Assembly (NCBI GenBank): GCA_017883965.1
Contig: JAFNKG010000001.1
Span: 14,893-78,892, forward strand
From: Candidatus Methanophagales archaeon
GTDB lineage: Archaea; Halobacteriota; Syntropharchaeia; Alkanophagales; Methanospirareceae
Direction of reading: 5' to 3'
DNA length: 64,000 nucleotides
Below, in pieces: positions 35,706-45,443 of the stretch. Under the pieces are notes generated by a model. It saw only the letters and a program-made list of their open reading frames with translations. It searched no databases and was not told the DNA's origin. How positions within the stretch are numbered: position 1 is the stretch's first letter; each line of letters begins with the position of its first letter. Made by a program: the position numbers and the translations under genes.

Positions 35706-38321
35706 ATGGCAAAAGGGGAAACTACAAGGGGCGAAAAAGATACGATTTACCTCGTTCCACACACGCATTACGATGCCATCTGGGTCTTCACGAAGGAGGA
35801 TTATTTTCATATCAATCTGCTGCTTATTCTGAAGGAGGTAGTTGAGCTACTTGAAAAGACGGATTACAAGTTCCTGATAGAGCAAACCTTTCTGCTGGAA
35901 GAGCTGGAGATGAGGTATCCGGAACTATTCTCAAAGGTTGCGAAGTACATAAATGAAGGCAAGATAGAGATTGCCAACGGGGAATATCTGATGGCAGATA
36001 CGATGCTTCCGAATGGAGAAACACTGATAAGAGAAATCCTGGTTGGCAAGAGATACGTGAAGGAGAAATTCGGGGTTGACGTTCCGGTAATGTGGCAGGC
36101 AGACAGCTTTGGTTTGAATGCCCAGCTACCGCAGATATACAAAAAATCAGGCTACAAATATGTTGCATTCAGGAGGGGGGTAGCGAAGAGAAAGCCGTCG
36201 GAATTTATCTGGCAGGGCTTGGATGGAACGGGGATTTTAGCTCACTGGATGCCTTTAGGATACAGAGCAGGATTGGACCTGACACAGCTGGCGGAAAGCC
36301 ATGAGAAACTCAAGGAAGTAGCGGCGACCTCGCATATCTTGATGCCTTCCGGAAGTGGAGTTACGATGCCTCAGTCGGAAACGCCGGAGGTTGTGAAGGA
36401 GTGGAATGAGAATAACGGAGAATGGGCGAAGATTAAGATTGCAACGCTGAGTGAATTCTTTGAAGCACTGGAGAATGAAGTAGAAAACCAGAAGCTTAAG
36501 ATGGACGTGCGGAAAGGTGAGATGTATTCAGGGAAGTATTCCGAAGTTTTTCCAAATTGCTGCTCGAGCAGGATGTGGATAAAACAGGGGCTTTATGATT
36601 ACGAGACTTGGTTGTTAAGTTGCGAGCGATGGAGTGCAATATCTGCCATCCTGAATAGCCACTATCCATCAGAGGAGTTGATGAACTGCTGGCGGAAAAT
36701 TTTGTTCATCGCATTTCATGATGTAATTCCGGGAACAGGGATGGACAGGGGTTACGATGAGGTGAAGCAGTACATGAGCTTTCTCAAGACCGAGATGTCC
36801 ACCCACTGCCTTCGCGCACACACTCAAATAATAGAGGAGGAATCAAAGGAAGGCGAAGGCGAAGTTGAAAGCGGGGATATAATGGTATTTAACTCGCTGT
36901 CTTGGGAAGTGAAGAACTGGGTAGAGATGGAGTTGAATTTTGAGAAAGGGAAAATAGTAACGATTAAAGGCTTAAAGAGTGGAGAAGAGGAGATAGATGT
37001 GGAGGTGATAAAGTTTGCGAGGTATAAGGATGATTCGTTGAGGTCTGCGAAGATAGGATTTGTTCCCAAGGTTCCTGCGCTTGGATATAAGGTGTATAAA
37101 ATCCTTGAGCGTGAGCCGAAACGGTATAGTTATGACAAGAATTGTATCCTGATAAGAGGGAACACGATAGAAAATAGCTTCTTTGCGGTTGAGGTGGACC
37201 CAGCCACGGGGTTGGTTGACGTGGTTCAAGGCGATAGGAAGAGGATTTACACGGCGAATGAGCTTGTGCTGGAGGAAGAAACCGGCGACCTTTACTACCA
37301 CCGACAAACATTGGGCATCCCGGTGAAGACGGAAAAGGGAGAAGGGGTGAAGTATGGCTCGTTCAGGGTAGAGAACTTCGGGATAGCTAAAAGTTCTTTA
37401 AGGCGAGTTGTCAACGTCGAGACCAATTATTTCTCCCTGCGCTGGCCGTATAGATTGACGGAGAAGATGGAGCCAGTTATATGGCGGCATAAATTCTTAG
37501 AGTGCACAAAGAAAATAATAATTTATAAAGACATTCCGAGGATAGATTTCATCACGCACGTGGAGGATAAGCATCCGAGGGCACGGCTCAGAGTAAGGTT
37601 CTCCACGGACATAAAATCTTCGGAGTATGCCTGCGGTAGTCAATTTGGCGTTGTTTCCAGACCGACGGACCAAGCGAACTACAAGCCAGAAGAGGAATGG
37701 GTTGAGGAGCCCTGCGGTGCATTTCCTTCGCTGAGGTGGCTCGATTATTCTGACGGAAAGAAAGGCTTGACCGTGATTCACAGGGGGATACCGGAGAACG
37801 AGGTAAAAGATGGTGACATCTATTTAACACTGCTCAGAAGCGTTTTAATGCTGTCCTCGGATGGTAAGGCAGGTCCTGCGATACCTGTTCCGAATGCGCA
37901 GGAGTTGAGAAGATACGAATTCCAATATTCCATTTACCCGCACGAAGGAGACTGGCGTGAAGCATCATCCTACAAGCATGCTTATGAGTTCAACTTCGAT
38001 CTGGATGCAGTGCAGTTGCCGAAAGGCGTGAAACTACCTTTGAAACGGTCTTTTTTGAAAATAGAGCCGAAAAATGTCGTTTTATCCGCACTGAAAAAGA
38101 CAGAGGATGGGGATGGGGGAGTGATTCTGAGATTTTATGAGACGAAGGGGGAAGAGACGGATGCTGAGATATCACTGTTCAAAAAGCCAAAGGCAGTCAA
38201 GGCGGTGAATCTGCTGGAGGAAGAGGACGAAGGAGTGGAAAAAGAGTTGAAAAAAGCGGGAGATAAAATAGAGTTGAAGATGAAACCCTTTGAGATAGTT
38301 ACTTTGAAGGTGAACATTTAA
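35706..38321 (+). CDS. GH38-family alpha-mannosidase, copy 2
   Basis: 871 aa, about 88% identical to copy 1 over the full length. Confidence 0.85.
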   Translation: MAKGETTRGEKDTIYLVPHTHYDAIWVFTKEDYFHINLLLILKEVVELLEKTDYKFLIEQTFLLEELEMRYPELFSKVAKYINEGKIEIANGEYLMADTMLPNGETLIREILVGKRYVKEKFGVDVPVMWQADSFGLNAQLPQIYKKSGYKYVAFRRGVAKRKPSEFIWQGLDGTGILAHWMPLGYRAGLDLTQLAESHEKLKEVAATSHILMPSGSGVTMPQSETPEVVKEWNENNGEWAKIKIATLSEFFEALENEVENQKLKMDVRKGEMYSGKYSEVFPNCCSSRMWIKQGLYDYETWLLSCERWSAISAILNSHYPSEELMNCWRKILFIAFHDVIPGTGMDRGYDEVKQYMSFLKTEMSTHCLRAHTQIIEEESKEGEGEVESGDIMVFNSLSWEVKNWVEMELNFEKGKIVTIKGLKSGEEEIDVEVIKFARYKDDSLRSAKIGFVPKVPALGYKVYKILEREPKRYSYDKNCILIRGNTIENSFFAVEVDPATGLVDVVQGDRKRIYTANELVLEEETGDLYYHRQTLGIPVKTEKGEGVKYGSFRVENFGIAKSSLRRVVNVETNYFSLRWPYRLTEKMEPVIWRHKFLECTKKIIIYKDIPRIDFITHVEDKHPRARLRVRFSTDIKSSEYACGSQFGVVSRPTDQANYKPEEEWVEEPCGAFPSLRWLDYSDGKKGLTVIHRGIPENEVKDGDIYLTLLRSVLMLSSDGKAGPAIPVPNAQELRRYEFQYSIYPHEGDWREASSYKHAYEFNFDLDAVQLPKGVKLPLKRSFLKIEPKNVVLSALKKTEDGDGGVILRFYETKGEETDAEISLFKKPKAVKAVNLLEEEDEGVEKELKKAGDKIELKMKPFEIVTLKVNI

Positions 38322-38328
38322 TTCAATT

Positions 38329-38871
38329 TCAACGCAGCTTCAACTTTTCAACCAGCTCATCCAAATAACTTCCCCATTCCTCTTCGCTCATATTCGGAAA
38401 CGACATATCGGCATTTGGATGGAAGAACCTGCAAAGCGTGATTGTCCTCAGCCAGGGTGCGAAATGCTTAAGCGTGGACAGCCCTTGCGAGCTTATATAA
38501 TAAAGCACACCAAGGAACACGACGAGGTCATGCTGCCCTTCTCCTTTTACCCCTTTCCATTCCGCATCTCTCAACCTGTCTATTATGTTTATAATCGGCA
38601 TGCTGGCATCTGGCGGGAACTCCTTTTCCAGGAATTCTTTTAGTGTGTGTGCAACCGCAACTGTTGGCATTTTCGATTCCTTCGCTATTTCTATCGCATA
38701 ATCCATCAAACTCTTCCCATTAAGCTCTGTTTCTAAAACGAGCGAGCCGACGATGAAAAGAGGTCGTTTTGCCTCCTTTATTGCCCTTACTGCAACCGCA
38801 GGTGTTAAAATCTCTCCACGACGTGGACCTGGTATGTTTGCTATATCCCAGGGATCATTTTTTTCTACCAT
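38329..38871 (-). CDS. cdhB: CO dehydrogenase/acetyl-CoA synthase complex epsilon-subunit-like protein
   Basis: 180 aa. PGPRRGE...AIKEAKRPLFIVGS and C-terminal HPNADMSFPN recall the CdhB N- and C-termini. Last gene of the cdhA-containing operon. Call made from memory of the family and is not certain. Confidence 0.6.
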   Translation of the reverse strand: MVEKNDPWDIANIPGPRRGEILTPAVAVRAIKEAKRPLFIVGSLVLETELNGKSLMDYAIEIAKESKMPTVAVAHTLKEFLEKEFPPDASMPIINIIDRLRDAEWKGVKGEGQHDLVVFLGVLYYISSQGLSTLKHFAPWLRTITLCRFFHPNADMSFPNMSEEEWGSYLDELVEKLKLR

Positions 38872-38995
38872 TTTAAACCTTTTCTTAGAAAGAAAAGCTT
38901 TACCAAAAGAACTTTAAAAGATGTTATTTTATAAATATTTCGATATATTCTTGCACTAACTAAAAGATTATTGGTTACTTTCACCTCCTACTACC

Positions 38996-41449
38996 TTACC
39001 ACACACGTCCGCTGATGAAAAACGGTTTTTTACCCTCCATCTTGCTTATCTGCACTGCTCCTCGGTCCATAAGCGGAGCCACATATTTTAAAACATCCTG
39101 CACAGGTATCGAAAGTGTTTCCGAAATCCCTTCAATTGTATATTCCTCGCTCTCCAACATAGAAGTTACCTTTTCTTCCATGAATTCGCTTCTTATTATT
39201 TCCTCAAAAAAAGCATCTATCTCTTTCTCTTCCAATTTAACATATCTCGTAATTTCCGCTATCTTACCGACAATCCATCTTAGTTTAGGGTTATTCACAC
39301 CCTCTTTTACCGTGATGAGTGAGTCATAATGCTTTTCAAGCTCAAAAGGTCCCAATTCTTTTATCTCATTCACCGAACTCTCTATCAATTCCTTGAACTT
39401 CTGCCCTTCTGCTGCGGAAATCCAGCCGAGTCTTAACCTCTCCGGGTCTATTCCTGCGAATTCAAGCAGTTTCTTCACGAACTTCACGCGCATCTCTGCA
39501 TGATAGTTGCCCACAACATAATGACAATCGCCGATATGGCACCCTGTAACGAGAACACCTTCTGCGTGGTGGAAGAAAGGCTCGACCATCATCCACGGGT
39601 CTATTCGTCCGGAACACATCACCCTGATTAGCTTTGCATTCGGCGGATACTGGAATCGCGATACACCAGCCATATCTGCACCTGCGTAAGAGCACCAGTT
39701 GCAACTGAAAGCCAATATCCTCGGTCTTATCTCTATTCTCTCCTCTTCCGGCACAAACGCACTTTTTATCTGTGCTAAAATCTGCTCATCGCGGAAGTGC
39801 CGCATTGTTATCGCCTGATACGGACACGCACCTGCGCATGTTCCGCATCCTTTGCACAATGCCCTGTTCCCCTCTGCACCAAACTCCCCCGGTCCATACA
39901 TATTTATTTTAATACTGCCATATTCGCATATCTCCGCACATAATCCACATCCCTTGCATATACTCTGGCTTATGTCCGAAACAATACCCTCTGTTTCTAC
40001 TTCGCTTTTTGTCAATATTGTGGAAGCCCTTGATGCAGTTCCATACGCCTCCGCTACACTTTCAGGCACGAATTTCGGTGAATGCGCCGTCCCGCATAGA
40101 AAAACACCGTCGGTAGAGAAATCAATGGGTCGCAGCTTGACATGCGCTTCAAAGAAAAATCCATCCAGGCCCAACGGAACCCTTAATAGTTTAGAAAGTT
40201 CCAATGCATCCGGGTGCTGCACCATCGGTGTGGAGAGAACAACCAAATCGGCTTTGTATTCTCGCTCCTCTCTCACGAACTCAGAGAAGAACTTCACTTT
40301 CAGTCCTCCATCCTCTTTCACTACTTCCGGAAGTTTATCAGGACTATACTTATCGAATCGTATGCCGGTTTGCATTGCTTTCCTGTAAAGATTCTCGTAT
40401 TCGTCGCCAAATACACGAATCCCATTGTGGAGTATATGAATATTCGCATCAGGATTTTTTTCCTTGAGTAAAATTGCATTTTTTATCGCCACTGCACAAC
40501 AGATTCTCGAACAGTATGCCACTCTTTGCCCTCTGGAACCCACACATTGAATCATAACCACTTCTTTCTCTTTCAACTCGCTATCTTTCTGCTTCTCTTC
40601 CAGTTCCATCTGCGTGATTACTTCCTCATATTCGCCGTATCCATAGAGTCCGTCTGACTTTAGAACCTCCGCACCCGTGGCAACTATTATCGTGCCCACC
40701 TTGAAATTATGAGCTTTCTCCTCTCCATTCTCCTTTTGCACGACAGTTACCTCAAAGTTTCCGACATATCCGTCCACTTTCCTAACGAGGGAAGAAGTGA
40801 AGAGTTTTATTCGTTGATGCTCTTTTACTTTCTTAATTGTAGGTTCTAAAGATGCGAGAGCATCTACATTCCCGGGGTAAAGCTTGTTTATCTTTCGTAA
40901 CAGCCCTCCGACTTCCGCTTCTTTTTCCACGAGATACACATCGAAGCCTCGATTTGCAATACTTAGCGCTGTGGTCATGCCCGATACACCCGCACCAATA
41001 ACCATTGTAGTGTTCTCAACGCCGATATTTATGTATTCTAATGGCTCTAACCTCGCAGCTCTGACAACACCCATTCTAACCAAATCCTTTGCCTTCTCCG
41101 TTGCTTCTTCAGGCTCTCGCATGTGCACCCAGCTACACTGGTCTCGAATGTTCACAAAATCGAAAAGATAAGGGTTTAATCCTGCATCCTGGCACGCACT
41201 TCGGAATAACGGCTCGTGTGTTCTCGGTGTGCATGCCGCCACTATCACCCTGTTAAGCCCGTGTTCCTTTATCGCATTTTTTATCGCCGTCACGCCCTCA
41301 TCTGAACACGTGTATATATTGCGTTCCACATATACAACTCCGGGAAGCTTTTCTGCGTATTCTATTACTGATGGCACATCCACAGTGCCACCAATATTCG
41401 TGCCGCAGTGGCAAACAAAAACCCCTGTTCTTACCTCCTCATTTGCCAT
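38996..41449 (-). CDS. HdrA2-type heterodisulfide-reductase subunit A fused to an MvhD domain plus a C-terminal extension of about 130 aa
   Basis: HdrA motifs (VFVCHCGTNIGG, VIGAGVSGMTTA, two CxxCxxC ferredoxin clusters) followed by an MvhD motif (ILAFSCNWCSYAGADMAG). The C-terminal tail has no recognisable domain. Confidence 0.85.
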   Translation of the reverse strand: MANEEVRTGVFVCHCGTNIGGTVDVPSVIEYAEKLPGVVYVERNIYTCSDEGVTAIKNAIKEHGLNRVIVAACTPRTHEPLFRSACQDAGLNPYLFDFVNIRDQCSWVHMREPEEATEKAKDLVRMGVVRAARLEPLEYINIGVENTTMVIGAGVSGMTTALSIANRGFDVYLVEKEAEVGGLLRKINKLYPGNVDALASLEPTIKKVKEHQRIKLFTSSLVRKVDGYVGNFEVTVVQKENGEEKAHNFKVGTIIVATGAEVLKSDGLYGYGEYEEVITQMELEEKQKDSELKEKEVVMIQCVGSRGQRVAYCSRICCAVAIKNAILLKEKNPDANIHILHNGIRVFGDEYENLYRKAMQTGIRFDKYSPDKLPEVVKEDGGLKVKFFSEFVREEREYKADLVVLSTPMVQHPDALELSKLLRVPLGLDGFFFEAHVKLRPIDFSTDGVFLCGTAHSPKFVPESVAEAYGTASRASTILTKSEVETEGIVSDISQSICKGCGLCAEICEYGSIKINMYGPGEFGAEGNRALCKGCGTCAGACPYQAITMRHFRDEQILAQIKSAFVPEEERIEIRPRILAFSCNWCSYAGADMAGVSRFQYPPNAKLIRVMCSGRIDPWMMVEPFFHHAEGVLVTGCHIGDCHYVVGNYHAEMRVKFVKKLLEFAGIDPERLRLGWISAAEGQKFKELIESSVNEIKELGPFELEKHYDSLITVKEGVNNPKLRWIVGKIAEITRYVKLEEKEIDAFFEEIIRSEFMEEKVTSMLESEEYTIEGISETLSIPVQDVLKYVAPLMDRGAVQISKMEGKKPFFISGRVW

Positions 41450-41604
41450 TTTTTACTCCCTCCATTCGATGCCTTCTCTCTATAAACATTTCTTCAAAAG
41501 AGAAACTAATTACGATCTTTTCTCTCACCACCTCAATCCTCTTCATCTCCTCCAATGAATATCCCCCCTCATTCCTTTTGAACCTCTGCTTTCACTCCTT
41601 TTAT

Positions 41605-41925
41605 TCACACCTGTATTTTTGAGACTGTAATGCAGTAGAGTTTGTCTAGTTCAGTAAAATGATCTAACAAAGCCTCGTATAGTTGTGCCTGTTTAGAATT
41701 CATGAACACATATCCACACGTCGGACAATACATTTTTTCAAACCCATGTACCGTGATTCTACCATTTAAAAAATCGACATCAAATTGCTTTATTTCCAAT
41801 TTAGACCCACATTTTGGACATTCCGTTATTTCAACTATTTCCCAATCTTCTTCCTTCCACCCTTCTTCCCAACTTTCTTCCGCCATAATATCCTCTGGTT
41901 TTATTTCTTCTGTAACCATAACCAT
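41605..41925 (-). CDS. YgiT/MqsA-type zinc-ribbon protein; candidate antitoxin partner of the upstream BrnT-like gene
   Basis: 106 aa. CPKCGS...ITVHGF...YCPTCG zinc ribbon. Starts 4 nt after the brnT-like stop. A paralogous ribbon occurs in the 59587 protein. Confidence 0.55.
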   Translation of the reverse strand: MVMVTEEIKPEDIMAEESWEEGWKEEDWEIVEITECPKCGSKLEIKQFDVDFLNGRITVHGFEKMYCPTCGYVFMNSKQAQLYEALLDHFTELDKLYCITVSKIQV

Positions 41926-41929
41926 ATTA

Positions 41930-42208
41930 CTATTTTTTCGCTTTCCTCTTATATAACTTTTTCATCTTCTCTGGTGCTTCATATGCACTCAGCATTATAA
42001 ATATATTTTCTCTTACCTTCCGCAAAACTATGAATAGGACACGCCCTTCCGCTTCTGCTAAAACTATGGTGCGCTTTTCACCATTTCGAGTTACTGCTTT
42101 TGTATATGTTTTCCCAATTAAAGCATTTTCAACTTCATACCTCCTAACACCGTGCCTTCTAATATGCTCGATTGCCTTTTCATCCCAGACTATACGGACC
42201 TTTGACAT
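41930..42208 (-). CDS. BrnT-like (DUF497) toxin
   Basis: 92 aa. IVWDEKAIEHIRRHGV and IMLSAYEAPEKMKKLY match the BrnT N- and C-terminal motifs. Paralog of the 7274 gene. Confidence 0.6.
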   Translation of the reverse strand: MSKVRIVWDEKAIEHIRRHGVRRYEVENALIGKTYTKAVTRNGEKRTIVLAEAEGRVLFIVLRKVRENIFIMLSAYEAPEKMKKLYKRKAKK

Positions 42209-42289
42209 ATTGATACGCTCATTTATTCCCCTATCCCTCCCTTAATTTCAGATTTATCTATGATAAGCAAGTGTAAATGATGCATCTAA

Positions 42290-43606
42290 CTAAGACAATG
42301 AAGAAATAACCTCACCCGCTCTACCAGCCGCGCCACTCGCCTCTGCAACCGAATCCGTAATATCTTTTGGACTCTGTGCAAACCCACAAACAAATACTCC
42401 TTCTCTTGTGGTATCTACCGGCGCATATAACGGGTCTTTCACCTTAAAGAATCCATATTCGTCCAATTCTACTCCCAATATCTTTGCCTGTTCTTCGACT
42501 CCCTTACTCGGCACCAGCGCCGTAGCCAATATAACTAAATCAACCTCCATCCTTTTAAGTTCCCCTGTCAGGGTATCTTCATACCATATCACCGGGCTCT
42601 TATCCCCATTCTCCGTTATTTTCCCGGGTCTCGCCCTTATATAATTTATCCCATATTCTTCCATACCCCGCTCTATATACTCCTGAAAGCCTCTTCCAAA
42701 AGCTCTGAGGTCAGTATAAAATACGAAAGATTCCATATCCTCCTCATGTTCCCTCGCCAGCATCCCGCTCTTCGTTGAATACATGCAGCACACGGAGGAG
42801 CAATAAGGATATCTCTTCAGGTCCCTCGAGCCCACGCAAAGGATAAAAGCTAACTTCTTCGCTGGTTTTTCATCGCTTAACCGAACGAGATGCCCGCCAG
42901 TTGGTCCTCCTGCATTTATCATCCTCTCATACTGTAATCCCGTTATCACATTTTCTATTCGCCCATATCCATACTCCTCTATCTCATAAGGTTCATAAGC
43001 ATCGAGTCCTGTTGCAACTATTATAGCACCCACATGAAGCTCAACCTCTTCCTCTTTCTGCTCGAAATCAATCGCATCCCTCTCACACGCTTCTTTACAC
43101 GCTGGTGCTTCCCCGCATTTGCCCTTCGTTATGAATATACATCTTTCCTCATCAATTACCGCAACCCTCGGAACTGCCTGTGCAAAAGGCAGGTATGCCG
43201 CTCCTCTTTTCCCAAGCCCCATATCGAATTCGTCCGGGAATCTATCTTTAAGTAAACAAATATCTTCACAAGCGCTGCACCCCGTGCATTTTTCTTCGTC
43301 CACGTATCTCGGTTTCTTACGAACTTTTACAGTAAAGTCCCCTTTCTCTCCCGATACCTCGCTCACCACGGAATACGAAAGCACGGTGATGTTCTCATGC
43401 CCGAAACATTCGAGCATCTTCGGCGCAAGTATGCATATCGAGCAGTCATTTGTCGGGAAGGTTTTATCCAACTGAGCCATTCGACCACCGATAGAAGAAT
43501 TCTTCTCTACTAAATACACCCTGAAGTCCTGCTCCGCTAAGTCAAGCGCCGCTTGAATCCCTGCTACTCCTCCTCCTATCACCAGCACACTTTTATTGCC
43601 TTCCAT
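42290..43606 (-). CDS. truncated HdrA-like FAD flavoprotein lacking the N-terminal Cys domain and the C-terminal ferredoxin
   Basis: 438 aa. VLVIGGGVAGIQAA, the conserved CSICILAPKM and an inserted CTGCSACEDIC ferredoxin. HdrA core only. Confidence 0.8.
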   Translation of the reverse strand: MEGNKSVLVIGGGVAGIQAALDLAEQDFRVYLVEKNSSIGGRMAQLDKTFPTNDCSICILAPKMLECFGHENITVLSYSVVSEVSGEKGDFTVKVRKKPRYVDEEKCTGCSACEDICLLKDRFPDEFDMGLGKRGAAYLPFAQAVPRVAVIDEERCIFITKGKCGEAPACKEACERDAIDFEQKEEEVELHVGAIIVATGLDAYEPYEIEEYGYGRIENVITGLQYERMINAGGPTGGHLVRLSDEKPAKKLAFILCVGSRDLKRYPYCSSVCCMYSTKSGMLAREHEEDMESFVFYTDLRAFGRGFQEYIERGMEEYGINYIRARPGKITENGDKSPVIWYEDTLTGELKRMEVDLVILATALVPSKGVEEQAKILGVELDEYGFFKVKDPLYAPVDTTREGVFVCGFAQSPKDITDSVAEASGAAGRAGEVISSLS

Positions 43607-43670
43607 TTCCGCTCACCCTAATTTTTTTTCGATTCCGGAATATAAAAATATTAATGAAACTTTTTTACAA

Positions 43671-44075
43671 TCAATCATTGCCATTTTCAAAACTGGTCAC
43701 TTTATTTTTCCTAAAGCAGATTTCAAAGTGTTTGAAGACATCTTCTCTTCCTAAAAGATAAGGAACATCCTCGATTAATGCAATTGCAACCTTGGCTTTA
43801 AACATTTTATCTACAATCTTCATTCTAACTTCTTTTATGATTACCGGAATTTTGCCATCTCCAATTCCTCTTATCTCTTTAATATCCTCCTCTTCCACCC
43901 TTGTCTTTAATGCCCTAATGAAAGATATTGGAAGAAGCGTAACATCCGCACCTGAATCAGTATAAGCCAGTATCCGTGTCCAACCGAGTTCTTCGGTCTC
44001 TATTTCAAATTCGACAATAGGCCTGTAAATCTCTCCAAATATCCTCGACCTCTCTTTTTGATAGGGAAAATCCAT
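43671..44075 (-). CDS. retropepsin-like aspartic protease (DSGA active site), copy 1
   Basis: 134 aa. AYTDSGADVTLLP has the clan-AA D[ST]GA motif. Paralog of 49228-49641. Confidence 0.7.
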   Translation of the reverse strand: MDFPYQKERSRIFGEIYRPIVEFEIETEELGWTRILAYTDSGADVTLLPISFIRALKTRVEEEDIKEIRGIGDGKIPVIIKEVRMKIVDKMFKAKVAIALIEDVPYLLGREDVFKHFEICFRKNKVTSFENGND

Positions 44076-44315
44076 CTAATCACCTGTAAGAATCAATGTC
44101 TCTTCCCTTTGCACAAACGCCAAGACTGGGTTATCTTTTGGAAAATCTTTTTTCGCCTTTTCTAAGACATCTATTGCATTATCTCCGCTGGCAACAATCT
44201 TCTTTCCTATCAGTGCGATGTGTTTCCCTCTAAACGCTTCTAATTCCTTTGGAAAAGAAGCAAACCATTTTAGTTCTTCATACATTCTTTCACTACCTCT
44301 TTTCTTTTTGTGCAT
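44076..44315 (-). CDS. small conserved partner protein of the aspartic protease, copy 1
   Basis: 79 aa. Homologous to 49650-49883 (YEELKWF...KIVASG...ETLILT versus YEWFL...KVVARA...ETLVLI). Abuts the protease gene. Confidence 0.45.
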   Translation of the reverse strand: MHKKKRGSERMYEELKWFASFPKELEAFRGKHIALIGKKIVASGDNAIDVLEKAKKDFPKDNPVLAFVQREETLILTGD

Positions 44316-44339
44316 ACTTTTATTATAATTTTTAGTTTT

Positions 44340-45437
44340 TTAAACTTCCCCTAATTTCTCTAACTCCTCTACACCTCTCTTCTTTTTCAAACTCGCTAAC
44401 TTCGCTATCTCATTGCGATCAACAGAAGTTGTTTCTAAGCCTTTCCCTTTCAATAAACCAAACAACTCCTCACCCTTCTTTGACCTTGTAATCACAGTCG
44501 AATACCCATCAGGACTGCCGACACTGCCCACAGAGATGTCAGCCAATCTGGCAGTAAAATCAGTGCAGAAAAAGCAGCTCTCTCGCACCGCTCTTTCCAG
44601 TTCTCCCACCTCACATGCCTTTGACTTGCCTTCTATATACACAACGAACTTCCCCTTCTTCACATCTATTTTATCCGCAAGCCCAAGGTCAACCTCCAGT
44701 ATTTCACTTACAATCGGTTTGAGCAATTCATAATAAAAATTCTCGAAACAGAAAAGCCCTATATTATACAACTCCACATCAGAATAAACTCTTTGAATTC
44801 TTCTAATTCCATAAATACTGCACGGGAGAGCAACAATTGCTATTCTCTCCTTCCCTCCTCCTATTATTGCTTCCACCAGTCTTTCTACGGTAGGTGCGAA
44901 TTGATATTTAGAGCCACTCGCTTTGATAATATCCTCCACATTCTCTGTCATAATCGCTTTAGCCCTGAAACCATCCTCTCTATGCACGACAATCGCACTG
45001 TCAAAAAGCCCTTTTTCCATACCCGCGGTTAACAACGAAGTAACTATCCCTCCGTCTTGCCCTTCCACGACAGTTTTTCCTGCCGTTATTTCCTTCACGA
45101 TGCCAATATCCTCTTCCCTCTCTCCGTCCAAGAACAACTGCTCGAGCTCACTCACGTATGTCTCTTCTTCAATCCCGGATTTTAATGCCCCTGCTTTGAG
45201 CCCCCAGATAAACTTCGGATAAGCCACCTCCGATGGACATCTGTCACTGCATATCTGGCAACTCATGCAAGACCATATTTTTTCATCAAGGTCAATAAAC
45301 CCCTCCAGCGCTCTTTTAGCAATCAACCGTGGAGAATAATCGGATTCAAACCACGATATCGGGCAGCTGGCATTGCATTTGCCGCATTCCAGGCAGTTAT
45401 ACACCTTCGTTTCCTGGATGAGTTCTTCTATTTCCAT
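44340..45437 (-). CDS. FrhB/FpoF-family F420-interacting iron-sulfur flavoprotein with an N-terminal 2x[4Fe-4S] ferredoxin
   Basis: CLECGKCNASCP and CMSCQICSDRCP motifs followed by FrhB N- and C-domains. Confidence 0.8.
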   Translation of the reverse strand: MEIEELIQETKVYNCLECGKCNASCPISWFESDYSPRLIAKRALEGFIDLDEKIWSCMSCQICSDRCPSEVAYPKFIWGLKAGALKSGIEEETYVSELEQLFLDGEREEDIGIVKEITAGKTVVEGQDGGIVTSLLTAGMEKGLFDSAIVVHREDGFRAKAIMTENVEDIIKASGSKYQFAPTVERLVEAIIGGGKERIAIVALPCSIYGIRRIQRVYSDVELYNIGLFCFENFYYELLKPIVSEILEVDLGLADKIDVKKGKFVVYIEGKSKACEVGELERAVRESCFFCTDFTARLADISVGSVGSPDGYSTVITRSKKGEELFGLLKGKGLETTSVDRNEIAKLASLKKKRGVEELEKLGEV

Positions 45438-45443
45438 TTTATT

